A model generated the notes under the pieces. The model was not told the DNA's origin and searched no databases. It saw only the letters and a program-made list of their open reading frames with translations. A program made the position numbers and the translations under genes. DNA of 64,000 nt from Laetmonice hystrix (Eukaryota), in NCBI GenBank assembly GCA_965235115.1, contig OZ249436.1, positions 49,974,001-50,038,000 of the forward strand, given 5' to 3'. This document shows, one piece after another, positions 51,801 to 63,872 of this stretch (position 1 is the stretch's first letter; every line of letters begins with the position of its first letter).

Positions 51801-54800
51801 GATTCTTAACAATTCAACAATTTCATGAGCTTGGGTTATGGTATCTGCACAGTTGCTGACAAAGATAAATAGGGACTGATGGTAGAATCAAAAGAAACAG
51901 ACAATTAATTACAGATCTCAAATCACAAAACTAACCAGAATATCATAACAGAAGTTCAACATACCTGTGGCCACTGCGGATTGCCTTTGCCAATCAAAGA
52001 CCACGTGCCGTTGTTTTGGTAGGCACTTATGACAGTACCTGTAACGACAAACTCTATATGTGGGTGGTTTCTGGTTTAAAATCCACGGCTCAGGCTGAGA
52101 TAAAAATATGAGATTTAGCCAAACAGCAGCTCCTATTGAACTGATGAATACCTAAGTCAGGAACAAGAGGGCCAGAGTAAACAACTAAATATGCATACCG
52201 TACCATCCACTAACAAATCAAGGTGGGTTAACTTGATAAATAAATATGACTCTTTACGCAGCTCCCTGCCATTTCTGGTAAGTAACTTATGTTCTAGTAT
52301 AAAAAAACCCTAATATTTACGTCTGTTTTTCAGTGATCTGCTTATCTACTTACTGAGTTTGTGTGCATGAACCCTGAAGGCAAATGCATGGAGGGGAGCG
52401 AGGCCATTATAGCGACACGATATGTCACCGTGTACTCCTGGAACGATCAACAATCCTCATTGACAAACCTTGTCTTAGTCAGAGAGGTTTGAGTTTCCAA
52501 CAATAAACCTACATTGGGTACTCCCTGTGCTCCTCCAAGCAATATCAGCTTTAATGACATACCAGAATTACAGAGCAAAAGATTGTTTTGCTTACCCTTT
52601 GTGTGTGCTGGAATGTTTATATTTTGTAGCGCCATTAAGTAGACACCAGATATAAATGTTTGCCTGCAAGGAAAATAGTTTATAAAGATTCTGGAAAATG
52701 TATCTTTCACAGAATTTGTTGACCTACTGCTACTGAAAAAATCCTTCTTTGTTTAATGACAAAGATTAAGTCTCGCCTCAGAGTAAATTCAAGTAATTAA
52801 ATTTCACAAATGCATATACATGTACAGGTAATTTAAAAAGAAAGACATTCTGATGCAATTTCCATATATGTGAGATGAGGCAAAAGTCAACCTAACTGCC
52901 TGAGGATACAGCCGTTAATCAATTTCTGAAAGTTTCTCAAATTTCCCCCCAAAGAAACTGTTGCAAAGGCGTATACAAGCAGTGGAAGGTATGACCGTGA
53001 ACAATACAACATTGTCGGCTTCAATAGTGAAAGCCCCATGGAGATCCCTGTCACTGTATTCACCGTTATCCCCAACCGTTGTACATGGACACGTACATGC
53101 CCACTGCCATTTGAATGACTGCCATCGCCTACTCACACACTGTCAATAATTACCATAACTATCACTGCATATGATCACAGCTTGCTGCTCTCTACATCAT
53201 CTTCCCGGAGAGTAAGTAGACCATTCTCACAGTGTTTGTATTGACAGTGTTTGTATTGACAGTGTTTGTATTGACAGTGTTTGTATTGACAGTGTTTGTA
53301 TTGACAGTGTTTGTATTGACAGTGTTTGTATTGACAGTGTTTGTATTGACAGTGTTTGTATTGACAGTGTTTGTATTGACAGTGTTTGTATTGACAGTGT
53401 TTGTATTGACAGTGTTTGTATTGACAGTGTTTGTATTGACAGTGTTTGTATTGACAGTGTTTGTATTGACAGTGTTTGTATTGACAGTGTTTGTATTGAC
53501 AGTGTTTGTATTGACAGTGTTTGTATTGACAGTGTTTGTATTGACAGTGTTTGTATTGACAGTGTTTGTATTGACAGTGTTTGTATTGACAGTGTTTGTA
53601 TTGACAGTGTTTGTATTGACAGTGTTTGTATTGACAGTGTTTGTATTGACAGTGTTTGTATTGACAGTGTTTGTATTGACAGTGTTTGTATTGACAGTGT
53701 TTGTATTGACAGTGTTTGTATTGACAGTGTTTGTATTGACAGTGTTTGTATTGACAGTGTTTGTATTGACAGTGTTTGTATTGACAGTGTTTGTATTGAC
53801 AGTGTTTGTATTGACAGTATTTGTATTCACAGTGTTTGTATTCACAGTGTTTGTATTCACAGTGTTTGTATTCTCGTTTGTATATACGAGGCCAGCGAGA
53901 TGAAGAGTCGATAGAAGAATGGAGTTGCTATGTATCACTTATCTATTTCCATGCCGCAAGCGTAGCGGCTTTTATTTCTTATTTTTGGCAAAAAAGCAAT
54001 CTGTTCTCTTTGTTTTCAGATAAATTAAATCATCGTGAAAGAACTCAGATTTAAAAGTAAAAGTTTTGGTTTCTATGTTGAACCTACTTTTTTTGAGTCA
54101 AGGTAAGGTGTACTCCGGAGTGATCGCTTGGCTGTGCTAAGGGAATGGCATTCCTGTAGTGGATCTGAAGAACCAGATACTTGATACCACTGCTGCCTCC
54201 TACTCGGTAACCAACATCTGGTACAACAACAAGGAATCATGTAAGGGAGCCAGTCTTATTTTATACAGTCGTACACCAGTAAAAAACACAGATTCTCATG
54301 ACAGACTATGAGGGCAATTCGGAAGTTGCCACAAAACGGACTTCCGAGAAAACGCCAATCTAAAATTGGGAATGTACCGACCGGTGACAAGGCCGGGGCA
54401 TGGAAGATTTTAAGGTATACATTGTTTGAGCTTTTTCGTATGTATGACATGAAAAATGTCTCAAAATCTTTGCCACAGAGCTTTCTAAAAAGGGTACCGA
54501 GAACATAAACCTACTTTATGGTACTGACATTAAGAATCCCAATTATAAAAAAAACACTGTTTTTTTCTCAGGAAACACAAGTTACCTGGCGGCAAATGTG
54601 TGGGATTGGCGTTCTTGGCCCATGCATAGAGAATCTTGGCGTTTTCATATCCGTGACAGATGCGTCCACATGGCCTGGAATAATATAGAAGGACATCAAC
54701 ATTTGTACGACTCTTGTAACAACAGTATTATACGTTATGGATTCATGAAATACACACTGAGACCGAGGAGTTTGTTTCCTGATTGTAAACCACATCATCG

Positions 54801-56044
54801 TATTCAATGGAACTAGAGATTCACCTTAGAGAGCCAAAGTTTTCTTTTTATACATATAACAGAACGTACTTAGGAACCACCAGTGGCCTAGTTAGACTAC
54901 CATTTCCTAAGGGCCACTGACATATGAAATATGTATAATTTGTCTTTCAGATAGATAGGATGCAAACACGGACATAATATACAAATCGAAATGTTATGGT
55001 GATTGTTTTTTGTTTTCTAGAAGAAGGTCATTTAATTTTTTCTTGTAATATTGAATTTCCCAGTTGTTGTTTTTTGAAGTCTGGCAGCCGGCCTTAGCCA
55101 TCGTTTAATGAATTGACTGATGAAACCATGCGAATATCAATTTTCATAAACTAATTTCTAGCACAGACGAGTTACCTAGATAAGCAATAATTTGATGCTA
55201 AGTCCAGGCTGGCACGATTCCCATGGGAGACATGAGGTTTTCTCTCGCGTCTGTATAACACGTAATCAGTACGATGTGCAGCTCTCAGTAACAACCATTC
55301 CTTCAAGTGTTAGACTACGAACTGAGCAGACAATCACAAATTCTGAACACAGCGGGACAATGTCATACAAGGTGTTGAAGTCGTCGAGGTGGTTCTCGCG
55401 CTGGCTCCAGGGTTGGTCGCGCAGGTAGGCAATCTCTTTCTCATCCAATAAATGAGAAGGTAAAACTGCCGGATACATCTCTCACAATTATGCAGAGAGC
55501 CACCCTGGGGGATTTCCCAATATTATTGCCCTAAAAATGTCTACCCCGGTATATGATATCACTAGCAAGACTACGTGATCATTTCATGCATAAAAGCTAT
55601 CATTTCTCTCTTTTTTGGCGGAGGGACACCAGTTGTCTAGAAATCAGGGACGCAGTGTTACATTGGAGCCAGGCTTTTCTGGAGATTTTCGACTTTTGGG
55701 GGGGAATGCTGCGAGTTTGGGGGGGGGGAGTAATGCAAAATATTCCCCCCTGGGAATTTTTTTTTTTTTGGGGGGGGGGGGGAGTAGCTGAATAATGGGG
55801 GGGGGGGAGTCTCCCCTCCAAAAAGGGCCTGCAGGAAACCCTGATTAGAGCAATTCGTTGATTAGAGTTAAGAGGAGGAAAGGCTTGAGGTAACAGACCC
55901 CTGCCTGGTCTAATCAAACAGATTGGCATGTGGACCACTACCAGCTACATACTTACCATTGTTGGACGTCTTGGGCTGGCTTAGTGCAACCAAAAAGTAG
56001 CAGATGGTGAACCAGGGGGACTGTTGCCACCGCTTCGTAATTAA
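42660..56044 (-). CDS. PAM: Peptidylglycine alpha-amidating monooxygenase, bifunctional PHM-PAL type I membrane form; 5'-partial, 18 coding exons (3068 nt, ~1020 aa)
   Basis: Hand-spliced exons all have GT-AG boundaries and matching phases. PHM motifs [51 protein letters not shown] motifs [34 protein letters not shown] segment; cytosolic KGFNRL..EGSD. Confidence 0.97.
43626..44254. repeat. 45-bp minisatellite, ~14 copies, in the last PAM intron
   Basis: Unit CAAATACAGGGCAAATCTGACAGATACATGCTGGGATTGGGACAT. Confidence 0.97.
44614..44820 (-). CDS. PAM: PAM exon with transmembrane helix: ...[30 protein letters not shown]
   Basis: atttag| ... |gtaaga, 207 nt; hydrophobic run followed by basic stop-transfer residues. 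Confidence 0.92.
45153..45267 (-). CDS. PAM: PAM exon: [38 protein letters not shown]
   Basis: ttacag| ... |gtgagc, 115 nt; PHD zinc ligand. Confidence 0.93.
45629..45741 (-). CDS. PAM: PAM exon: [38 protein letters not shown]
   Basis: ctacag| ... |gtaagt, 113 nt. Confidence 0.93.
45758..45903. repeat. Near-perfect 74-bp tandem duplication in a PAM intron
   Basis: TCAGCCATATTATTACAGAATATAGGCC...GAGGTCGCTT at 45771 and 45845. Confidence 0.95.
46115..46312 (-). CDS. PAM: PAM exon: [37 protein letters not shown]...YAVTYSATT
   Basis: caccag| ... |gtaagt, 198 nt; PHS and [10 protein letters not shown] motifs. Confidence 0.94.
46579..46801 (-). CDS. PAM: PAM exon: VMKFPAG...YCKPSDV...[29 protein letters not shown]
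   Basis: ttgtag| ... |gtatgt, 223 nt; catalytic Tyr in DGYCN. Confidence 0.92.
46951..47023 (-). CDS. PAM: PAM exon: [24 protein letters not shown]
   Basis: tgccag| ... |gtacaa, 73 nt; PHG zinc ligand. Confidence 0.94.
47406..47519 (-). CDS. PAM: PAM exon: [37 protein letters not shown]
   Basis: ttctag| ... |gtaagt, 114 nt. Confidence 0.93.
47601..47773. mobile_element. Fold-back/MITE-like inverted repeat in a PAM intron
   Basis: 55-bp arms (47618-47672 vs 47703-47757) with 4 mismatches; the loop contains the 18-bp palindrome GGACAAAATATTTTGTCC. Confidence 0.8.
48066..48201 (-). CDS. PAM: PAM exon (PAL start): [44 protein letters not shown]
   Basis: ttttag| ... |gtaagg, 136 nt; GQ..G....VFHRG..W motif. 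Confidence 0.93.
49075..49308. mobile_element. Fragment of a hAT-like non-autonomous element with CATGA(C/T)TTTT subterminal repeats
   Basis: Repeated TTCATGATTTT/CCATGACTTTT motifs ending in GTGGGAATCCTG; the matching left end was not found. Confidence 0.5.
49642..50702 (-). CDS. PAM: PAM large exon: end of PHM ([15 protein letters not shown]) plus ~310-aa low-complexity linker
   Basis: ctgtag| ... |gtaagt, 1061 nt open frame; CuM Met in EMC; phase fits the next PAL exon. Confidence 0.88.
50989..51041 (-). CDS. PAM: PAM exon: [18 protein letters not shown]
   Basis: tataag| ... |gtaggt, 53 nt; ARC motif; the acceptor is the last copy of a 42-bp tandem repeat. Confidence 0.9.
51035..51368. 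repeat. 42-bp minisatellite (8 copies) built from the PAM 3' splice site; two further decayed copies at ~51576-51660
   Basis: Unit TTGCAACCTTATAACACAAAACAAATGTTGATAAACATTGGG; minus-strand AG at 51042, 51084, 51125, 51167, 51209, 51251, 51293, 51335. Confidence 0.97.
51713..51763 (-). CDS. PAM: PAM exon: [17 protein letters not shown]
   Basis: ttttag| ... |gtatgt, 51 nt. Confidence 0.92.
51965..52038 (-). CDS. PAM: PAM exon: [25 protein letters not shown]
   Basis: ttacag| ... |gtatgt, 74 nt. Confidence 0.93.
52354..52437 (-). CDS. PAM: PAM exon (CuM site): [28 protein letters not shown]
   Basis: ttccag| ... |gtaagt, 84 nt; R-x-H-x-H motif. Confidence 0.93.
52596..52663 (-). CDS. PAM: PAM exon: [22 protein letters not shown]
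   Basis: ttgcag| ... |gtaagc, 68 nt, phase-consistent. Confidence 0.9.
53228..53873. repeat. 15-bp minisatellite (ACAGTGTTTGTATTG)n, ~43 almost perfect copies, intronic
   Basis: Direct inspection; variants occur only in the outermost copies. Confidence 0.99.
54088..54217 (-). CDS. PAM: PAM exon: [43 protein letters not shown]
   Basis: taccag| ... |gtaggt, 130 nt; LQIHY third CuH His. Confidence 0.93.
54586..54674 (-). CDS. PAM: PAM exon: [29 protein letters not shown]
   Basis: ttccag| ... |gtaac, 89 nt; YAWA motif. Confidence 0.93.
55670..55843. mobile_element. hAT-type MITE with 8-bp TSD
   Basis: Imperfect TIR CAGGCTTTTCTGGAG / CTGCAGGAAACCCTG; flanks ATTGGAGC (55662-55669) and ATTAGAGC (55844-55851); internal G/T runs. 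Confidence 0.7.
55957..56044 (-). CDS. PAM: PAM exon (PHM CuH site): [30 protein letters not shown]
   Basis: ttacag| ... |gtaagt, 88 nt; HH copper ligands. Confidence 0.93.
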
Positions 56045-59000
56045 CTGTAAGTATGTGGCATTCAATATCATTGACATACGACAATACATGGGAAGATACA
56101 AGGACAACCAACAACCTATTTCTTATTATAATATCTGACAAACTATACATAAACTTTATTCTCATCATCATACAATGGCTTGTATTAAGATTGACCAGAT
56201 TACAAATACGGAATCTTGAATACTTTCACTGATCTGTTTAACAATTAGACTTACGTTACGTAATAATGGAGTACCGGTACATCTTCACGAGTACATTTTG
56301 TTATAACAATAATGTACTGGAAATATGTAACATACAGTTACGACCAACATGCTGTTTTGATTTACACGTGAGATAAATAACGCCCTCTGTTGAGAAGAAT
56401 GAAGTGTGAAGCATTGCTAACTGTGAACTTTTGAATCGTAACGAGTACTTTCTGGTGAGGCAGAGGTTCAAACTTTGAAACCACTGGTGATTCTAGCAAT
56501 CTTTTGATCACAGACATGATTGTTGAAACTTGCAATACCCTGGATCTGCAAAAATCATTGCAATGCTTGACAGAACATTTTTTAAGAGATTTTTTTTTGG
56601 AGGGGGGGCTGAGCTATTGCTAATTTGTTGCCAGGGTTATGCAAGCAATTTTTCAAACTTTTAAAATCTGATGTTGTCTGCTGTCATTTAGTGATATCAG
56701 TCAAGGAGTTCACTTATAGTCGAGTGTGTTCAGTAAGTGGTAGTGAGGCAAGTGATGTCTACAGTTTATGCCTGACCTGTATGTCATTTGCTAAAAGTGA
56801 TCAGAATTTACAAGTGCAGCAGACGTTAAATTCATATATGGTAATAACACTGATAATGTTTTAAAATAGGGGGACGATGACCAATGGCAGCATATAACTT
56901 GGCTGCGTGATACACTACCGGGACATTCGTGATATTCCTTCATCTTTCTTCAGGCTAGCAATATACATTGTATATATTCAACACGTGGTCTAGGTTTACA
57001 CATCAAACATCTAATGATAATGGTTCAAACTTACACGGCTTGACAAACAAGTCCATCTGAACTATCATCATCCCAATATATTAATAAATACATTCACAAA
57101 GTGCACATGCACATAGCACAAGTTTTAACTCTTTTGGTACTAGAAAACCTAAAAGTTCTACTTAGATAGAATAAACCTAACGACAAAATCTTCAAGGTGG
57201 TCACTATGGCATATCCAATCTTTTCTGATACAACTGACATAATATCTGTTTCCTAGAATCAAAGTGAGAATGTTCTATCTTCACAGTGATGCTAGTACCA
57301 AAACACTAAAAACTGTGCATACTTATGGAAATACAATTAGTACTGAAATACTTAGAAGAATTGGAATTTTTAAAATATTGCAGTGAACAAGAACTGTTCT
57401 AACAATTGTAAAAACCTATTAACGCAAAAGCATAATCCTATTTCAAGAAAGAGGTACTTATTACAATGGATAAGACAAAAGTACCGGTAGGGCTGGCCGA
57501 CTGCCCATGTGCATCAATGACACTTGCCATGTCAAAGAGCACTCAATGCAATGTAAGCGCTCATGGGAAATATCATGGCGGGAGCAAGCTCTGACAGGAA
57601 ATTCAATTCAGCCATCTTGCCTGAAGATCCCTTAACCTCAGTTTGTTCGTCAAATTGGAATATCCTAAGAATGTCCAACAAGGAAAGATATTCTTTCTTC
57701 ATTTTTATACAAATGCCCGTTTTACAGCGGGGATACCAATATATGGCGTATTACTCTGGTGGTCTGCAACGTAACGCTGTGGGCATTTTACTGTCAGTAA
57801 ACAATATATCTTATCAGTTTTAATTACTGCTAATGCCATACAATCAATCAACTGATTGCAATGATTTACGATCCTCTCGATACATAATGAGAGCAGAATA
57901 ATGCTAACAATTCCTACAATTCCTTTCATAATTTGGAACTTTTGTCAGCCCCCAGCCATTTATAATGCTATTTTAAACTTATCTGATACCGTGCTAAGAA
58001 TGGATGGGTAGTGCATGATACCCATAAACTTATCTATGTCAAAACGATGAACATGAACTGTCATGTGGAATTTTCCAACATTATTTCCCAATCTTAAAAA
58101 TGCTTTAACGTGTAAGTTGAAATTTGCAAGCTAGGAATACTAGCAAAAGAGAACTATTAAAATGCTGAATCTACGGGCGAAGAAAAGACAATAAAGCCGA
58201 GAGAAATGGATGAGAACGTACGTAGTCGTCCAATCTAGAGGACAAGGTGGAGGATGAAGCACGGACAAAGAGTAATCTAGGTTCTATTAGGGAATAAGTA
58301 TGGTAAGGTTCTGTATAAAAGCTGTGGAGACTTACTGATGTATTGAGTTGCGCTGTGGAGGGCCACGGACGTACAAAGGTATTCGTCATCCTGTAGGGAG
58401 AATATTTAGAAAAAAAAAGTTTTATCATCTCACAGTCCAGCACTCAATGATGTTAGAACCAGCACATACCAAAAAAAAAGAGTCATGTTGTTAAAATCAT
58501 TTTTTGATGGAGAAAAAACAAGAAAGTGCGGAATTATCTAAGCGACTGGATATAGTAAAGTCATTACTTGTAAATATTGATGAGGCCTTCTGCGAGTGTA
58601 GCTGTGATGGTGAGATTGATATGCAAATGCTTTCATTGCGAATTTATTGTTCAACACTCCTGCCTGTAAAAACCATAGCATTTTTTTTTCGACACCCACC
58701 ACCCTTGGTAGTGCTGTCGTAGAGAAATGATGCCCACCTTGATCATCTTTTCTCCCGCCAACTTCTCCCTACACATTGGGGAACCGCTGGATTTTTATCC
58801 ATTGTGATGTCATTTATTATGATGCCTGAAGAGACACTAGTCGAAACCGTGTACTTCACCAAGCAACAAGCTTGCGGTTACGTCATACCGGGTCGTCAAC
58901 CCTAACTACCCACATGACTACTTGGACATCCACGAGAAACTCTTGTTTACCGTGATGTCACCCACCTTAACTGTTTTCAGTATCCTTGGAGGTGTTGACA

Positions 59001-61555
59001 GGTACCTATTTAAGGCCGTTCAAACTGCCAACGGCCACATTTCCGCGGTAGCATCACAACAACTCATTCTAGCCTCGTATTATACAAAAACCATAGCATT
59101 ATACCTGCATTCTCATCACGTGGCGTGATTTCACATGGGTCATATTACACTCGTGGTCCGGTACTAATTGGACTTATTTATAATTATGTAAACTGAGCAC
59201 AGTATTCTCAGGTGTCACGGAAGTAGCATTCACACTGCCTACATTCGTGTTCCTTAGTCACCATCATTAACACTGATCACAGTAACCCGAGCCAGTGCTG
59301 CACGTAGCCAACCATGCAGCCTTCATGGTGGCTTCTACAAAAACAACCGCTGGTATGTATGCACCAGGGATTAGAAGGAGCCCAAGGGGTAATGAAAATG
59401 GTAACCAGCGTCACACCTGATCTCATCTTCAAATCCTGTCTGAAACTATGACTCACTCTGGCTTACCATTACATGTGACGTTTAAAAGGGGAGATCGAGA
59501 GAAGATCCCCATCACCCCGCCACCTCCAATGACCATTTCAATCGTTGCCAATATAATCCACACGTTGCCTCACCTATAATTACCACAGTTCTATGTGCTT
59601 GCTTTGTTTGCATTCAGAAATTGTCTTTAATTTGCAGCCACTGCCAGACGAGTGTATAGGCCTACACTGTATGCATAGACTGTCCCATCGCCCTGAAATG
59701 TTCCGTGGGGTCATCCCAGTAATATTTGCGTAGGGAGGACCTGTTGGGTGAGAGGGTTGTCGTCAGAGACTCTGCTTGTTTTCTCGACTTTTCTTTAATA
59801 TAACTGATGACTTGTTCCAACAAAATGTATGAACCTCCAACCAATCCATCTCTTTACTCACGTTCGAGTGTTGACATAATCGACGTACATTTCACCCATT
59901 ATACCTAATCCCGGCTAATACTGGTGTGACTGTCTCTTGTTTATGCCACTTACATGATGAACCAGAGTCCATTTAATATACTAATGGCACAACGACTCCT
60001 GGCTATGTGATACCGACAGTTGGTGTTGTGAGGTGTCACTGTCAGTTTGGTTACATCATGTTCGCTATGAGACTTCCCACATCCATCTGGTGCGATATTT
60101 CAATAACCCCTTACCCCCCCCCCCCTTACCCCGACCTTGTGTGACCTCCTGAAAACACCCTCCCTGCTTACATTCATCAGGGTTGTGACACTTAGCAAGG
60201 ACTTTCCAATAATACAGCACGGCGACGATTCAGTATGCGTCATGACAAAAAAAGTCAACCGATCTCGATCTTCAAAGGTTCAGAGAATACAACGTCTGAA
60301 GATACAGATGTAGATATTAGCAATTCATATCAGGCCCCATGTGATATTGGTGCCGTTCGTAGATCCTAGTAATACAGAGCTGTCACATGTACCATCATGC
60401 ACTTTCTTAACGGGCAGCTCAGTAATGCGACTGGGCTCGAACCTATTTCTATAATCAGCGACGGACAGCTCCAGCAAAACATACTACAGAGTGAAATTCT
60501 ACAAAGACAATCATGAATGGCACACAATTATTTAACTAAACCTGATTTGCAGTTACCTAGGATTCCACAATTTTGTAATTTACATGGTATGTAACAGATT
60601 TGTTTTCCCTGCAGTCTGTACTTACAAAAACTATTTACTCTGTAGTGGACCTATTTACGTGTCCACGCTGGATTAATTCCACGCTCAACCTCTCTGAATA
60701 CCGGTAATCTATTTTCTCCCGTTTTAATATTGCTGACAATTTATTTCTAACAGGCCAAGCTTTGTTCCGTGCAATCACGACCATCACCGGCTCCATTCAG
60801 ATTTAACAATACTTTATTTCATAATCTTCATGCATCTTTCAATAAATCAAAGTGTACAACTATGATTAAGTCTCCGCTTCCCAACGATAGGATTTCACAC
60901 ATAACTGTATATATGTCATGGCAAAATCTTCATACAATTTCTTTTATTATATATTTTTATACATATAGGAAAAGACGCAAGGATCATGCAGGGGTTTTGT
61001 CTCTTGCACCAGACTCTATAGTCTATACATAGAAATCCCATTACAGAATGAGACTTCCACAATTATATAAAGTCTGTCAATAGACGGATGTTCATTGGAT
61101 AATAATGTACTGTGACGTTATTTGCAGGAAAATACGCAGGCGGGACGCCTATCTAATGCGCCAATGGTATGAAGCCCTGGTTAAGTTAAAAACTAACATG
61201 TCAGCGTTCAACAGGGGAGCATTTACAGATCTCCTAAATGAAATATACATTTGAAACTGTGGCTCCCTGCTCGTAGTATACATATAGTGCCGGTAAGCAG
61301 ACACTGAGTGTAAGCCACAATGATCCGTTAGGACAAGCCTTGTTGCTCGTTATAATGGAACAGCTCCACTTCATGCCATTCTCATAATGAACACACCACC
61401 TCTCATGGCTTCTCTTCGTGAACACAAGGTGGCAGTCTATGATCATCATGTAAATAACATGAGCACCGAGAACCTGCGGCAATGATGTCCACTCCATTAT
61501 ATACGGTCTGTCACTTGGCTGGAGCTCTCCTCACTGAGCGCATCCTATTACGTGA

Positions 61556-61680
61556 ATCCCCCTCCCCCTCCCCCTCCCCCTCCCCCGCCACCGTCACGGT
61601 CACGGTCACCGTCACGGCCACCTTCACGGCCACGGCCACCTTCACGGCCACCGCCGCCCTCACCGCCACCCTCACGGCAA
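61556..61680. repeat. Compound hexamer microsatellite: (CCCCCT)n followed by (CACGGY/CACCKY)n
   Basis: Direct inspection. Confidence 0.9.
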
Positions 61681-63593
61681 TGTGCTCTCCGTGATTCCCG
61701 AGTCAACAGGCCCCACAGGATTAACTCAGCCAGCGGTGTGTGCCGCCTGAGCAGTTGGCACTGAGGAGATCTGCCATCCTTAAATCTCAAGGAAATCACT
61801 AGTCCCAACCCTAAACCTAACCTTAACCCCCAGTCTCCATCCCCATTTGTCCCAATTACCAAAACATCATCAGTAAACTGAATAATTTATAGCACTGCTC
61901 AGGTTCATCCAATATGGCCCAACAACAATCACCCAGAACTCGGTTTGGACATGGCAGACAAACATGTGCCAGAAACATGGTAGAGCCACAAAACATTAGG
62001 AGATCGGCCCTTTGGGCACAGTTCGTGAAAGGTTTTAGATCTTGCTTAAAGGCCGGGATTGGTTACCACCCGGTAACGTTGACCTCAGCTGACCCTGTTC
62101 CCGGCCCAGATCAATGCTTGACGTATGCCTGATGTGAGCAGTAGTCAGGTCTGAGCAACAGGCAAGTGGCTACACCAGAATCCATGAACTTCCTTTTTAT
62201 CCGTATTCGAGATACGCATACCGGTATATCTAAATTTTTATAACGATGTGTAGATTATATTCATAACCTGTCTCCACTTTCTTCCTCAAAACTATACATT
62301 ATAACCTCATAGTTTATGAATAGAGTCTACGTTGTCAGATTTATTTGGTATGGCAGTTGCCGCAAGCATCAGGAAACGCGAATCTAACATTCAAAACGTA
62401 ACCAAAACCAGAAAATGTAGCTAGATTTCAATATATGTTTGTAAACAGTCTGGCCTAGTTACAAGCTGAAACACTTACAAGGAGAAGACAGGTTGAGAAT
62501 GTCATGACGCAGGTCTGGTTTCATCTGGTTTCTAAGGGAAACAGTGACATTGCCAACTGGCAGGTGTATCGTTATCAGATATCGTTCATCTGGTGAGAAC
62601 TGCACAGAACTGCACTGCAAGGAGAAAAGAACGCCTTTCTTTCTGCACCTTACTCATGCCATCAAAGATTGATCATCTTTCTTCCTCTTCGTCATCTAAT
62701 TATCAGGGATCTCGTTAGTGCAGCATGTGAGACAGGAAGGTAGAAATAAAATTACTGGTACCTTCTACCACATTACAGAAGGATGTTTTATCCGAGGGGG
62801 TTATCATTCGACATTTTGTAAAGTCCTCAAATACTTCTATATATACAGGTGATATTTCTCCACCACAAATTAACAGTGTTGTTTTCATGGCAGTCACCTA
62901 GATCCGTCTTATGCACGCCTCTAATGTCCTACAACGATCATTAGTGGAGGATCCCAGCAGCCGACAGATGACTCTGACCGTACAACCTAAACTGCTCCAA
63001 ATGGGAGACCAAAGCGTCCTGATGAAGGAGCCCTGATGACCGAGTGGCAAATGCTTTCTAACCGAATCAGCCAGGAGCCAAAGCAAACAGCACGTCCCCA
63101 TCATCAGGCGAGGAATGATTGGTTCTGACCGACCGTGTACCACCACCACTAGTAATCCAGCCCGTCTCATCGGACTGCCAATCCCGCAAGTCCGTCTTCC
63201 CAGCATGCCGCCTGTAATTGTGTTTGGCAATGGCCAAGGCCAGTGCAGTCAATCCACCATGCTGGCAACCCTCAATCTGCCCTCAAATTGTAAAGCTGCT
63301 CACACAGATTCTAAGGTTCTTTTCAGCCCTGAGAAACCAGACAATGAAAGCGTAGATTTATAATAGCCTGGGGTAGATATCACAGGCAATTATCTGTACC
63401 AGTATATAATTTGACCTGTCAAGTAAGGTATTTACAAGCCTGAAGTTAAACAGTGAACAGCACTTGGTGATCTCTGATTTTAGACCTACTGTGTTTATTG
63501 GAGCATGTAGATCTATGCCTGCCTACTAAATTAACCTAACCTTCAAACGTACCAGTGGCAAATACCAGAGTCTACATTACATCTAGTAATGGT

Positions 63594-63872
63594 AGAGGAA
63601 GAGAAGAAGACACAGAAGAAGACAACAGAGAAGACGACACATAAGAAGAAGATGAGGACTGAGGAGGAGGAGGAGGAGGAGGAGGAGGAGGAGGAGGAGG
63701 AGGAGCAGCAGAGGAAGAAGCAGAAGAAGAAGCAGAAGAAGAGGAAGAAGAAGCAGAAGACGCAGAAGAAGCAGAAGAAGCAGAAGAAGAAGAAGAAGAA
63801 GCAGAAGAAGAAGAAGAAGAAGAAGAAGAAGAAGAAGCAGAAGAAGAAGAAGAAGAAGCAGAAGAAGAAGGA
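63594..63872. repeat. Compound purine-rich trinucleotide microsatellite (GAG)n/(GAA)n/GCA
   Basis: Direct inspection. Confidence 0.97.

Noticed and set aside
53192..53938. (NTNTV)n / (VFVLT)n ORFs
   Set aside because: 15-bp intronic minisatellite with no synonymous variation; the neighbouring exons join in frame.
55266..55478. 70-aa minus-strand ORF in a PAM intron
   Set aside because: Not needed for PHM continuity and no recognisable motif; possibly a transposon relic.
62898..63363. Overlapping ORFs, including a frame interrupted by TGA TGA (selenoprotein idea)
   Set aside because: No Cys/Sec-type motif, no SECIS recognised and no known homology.
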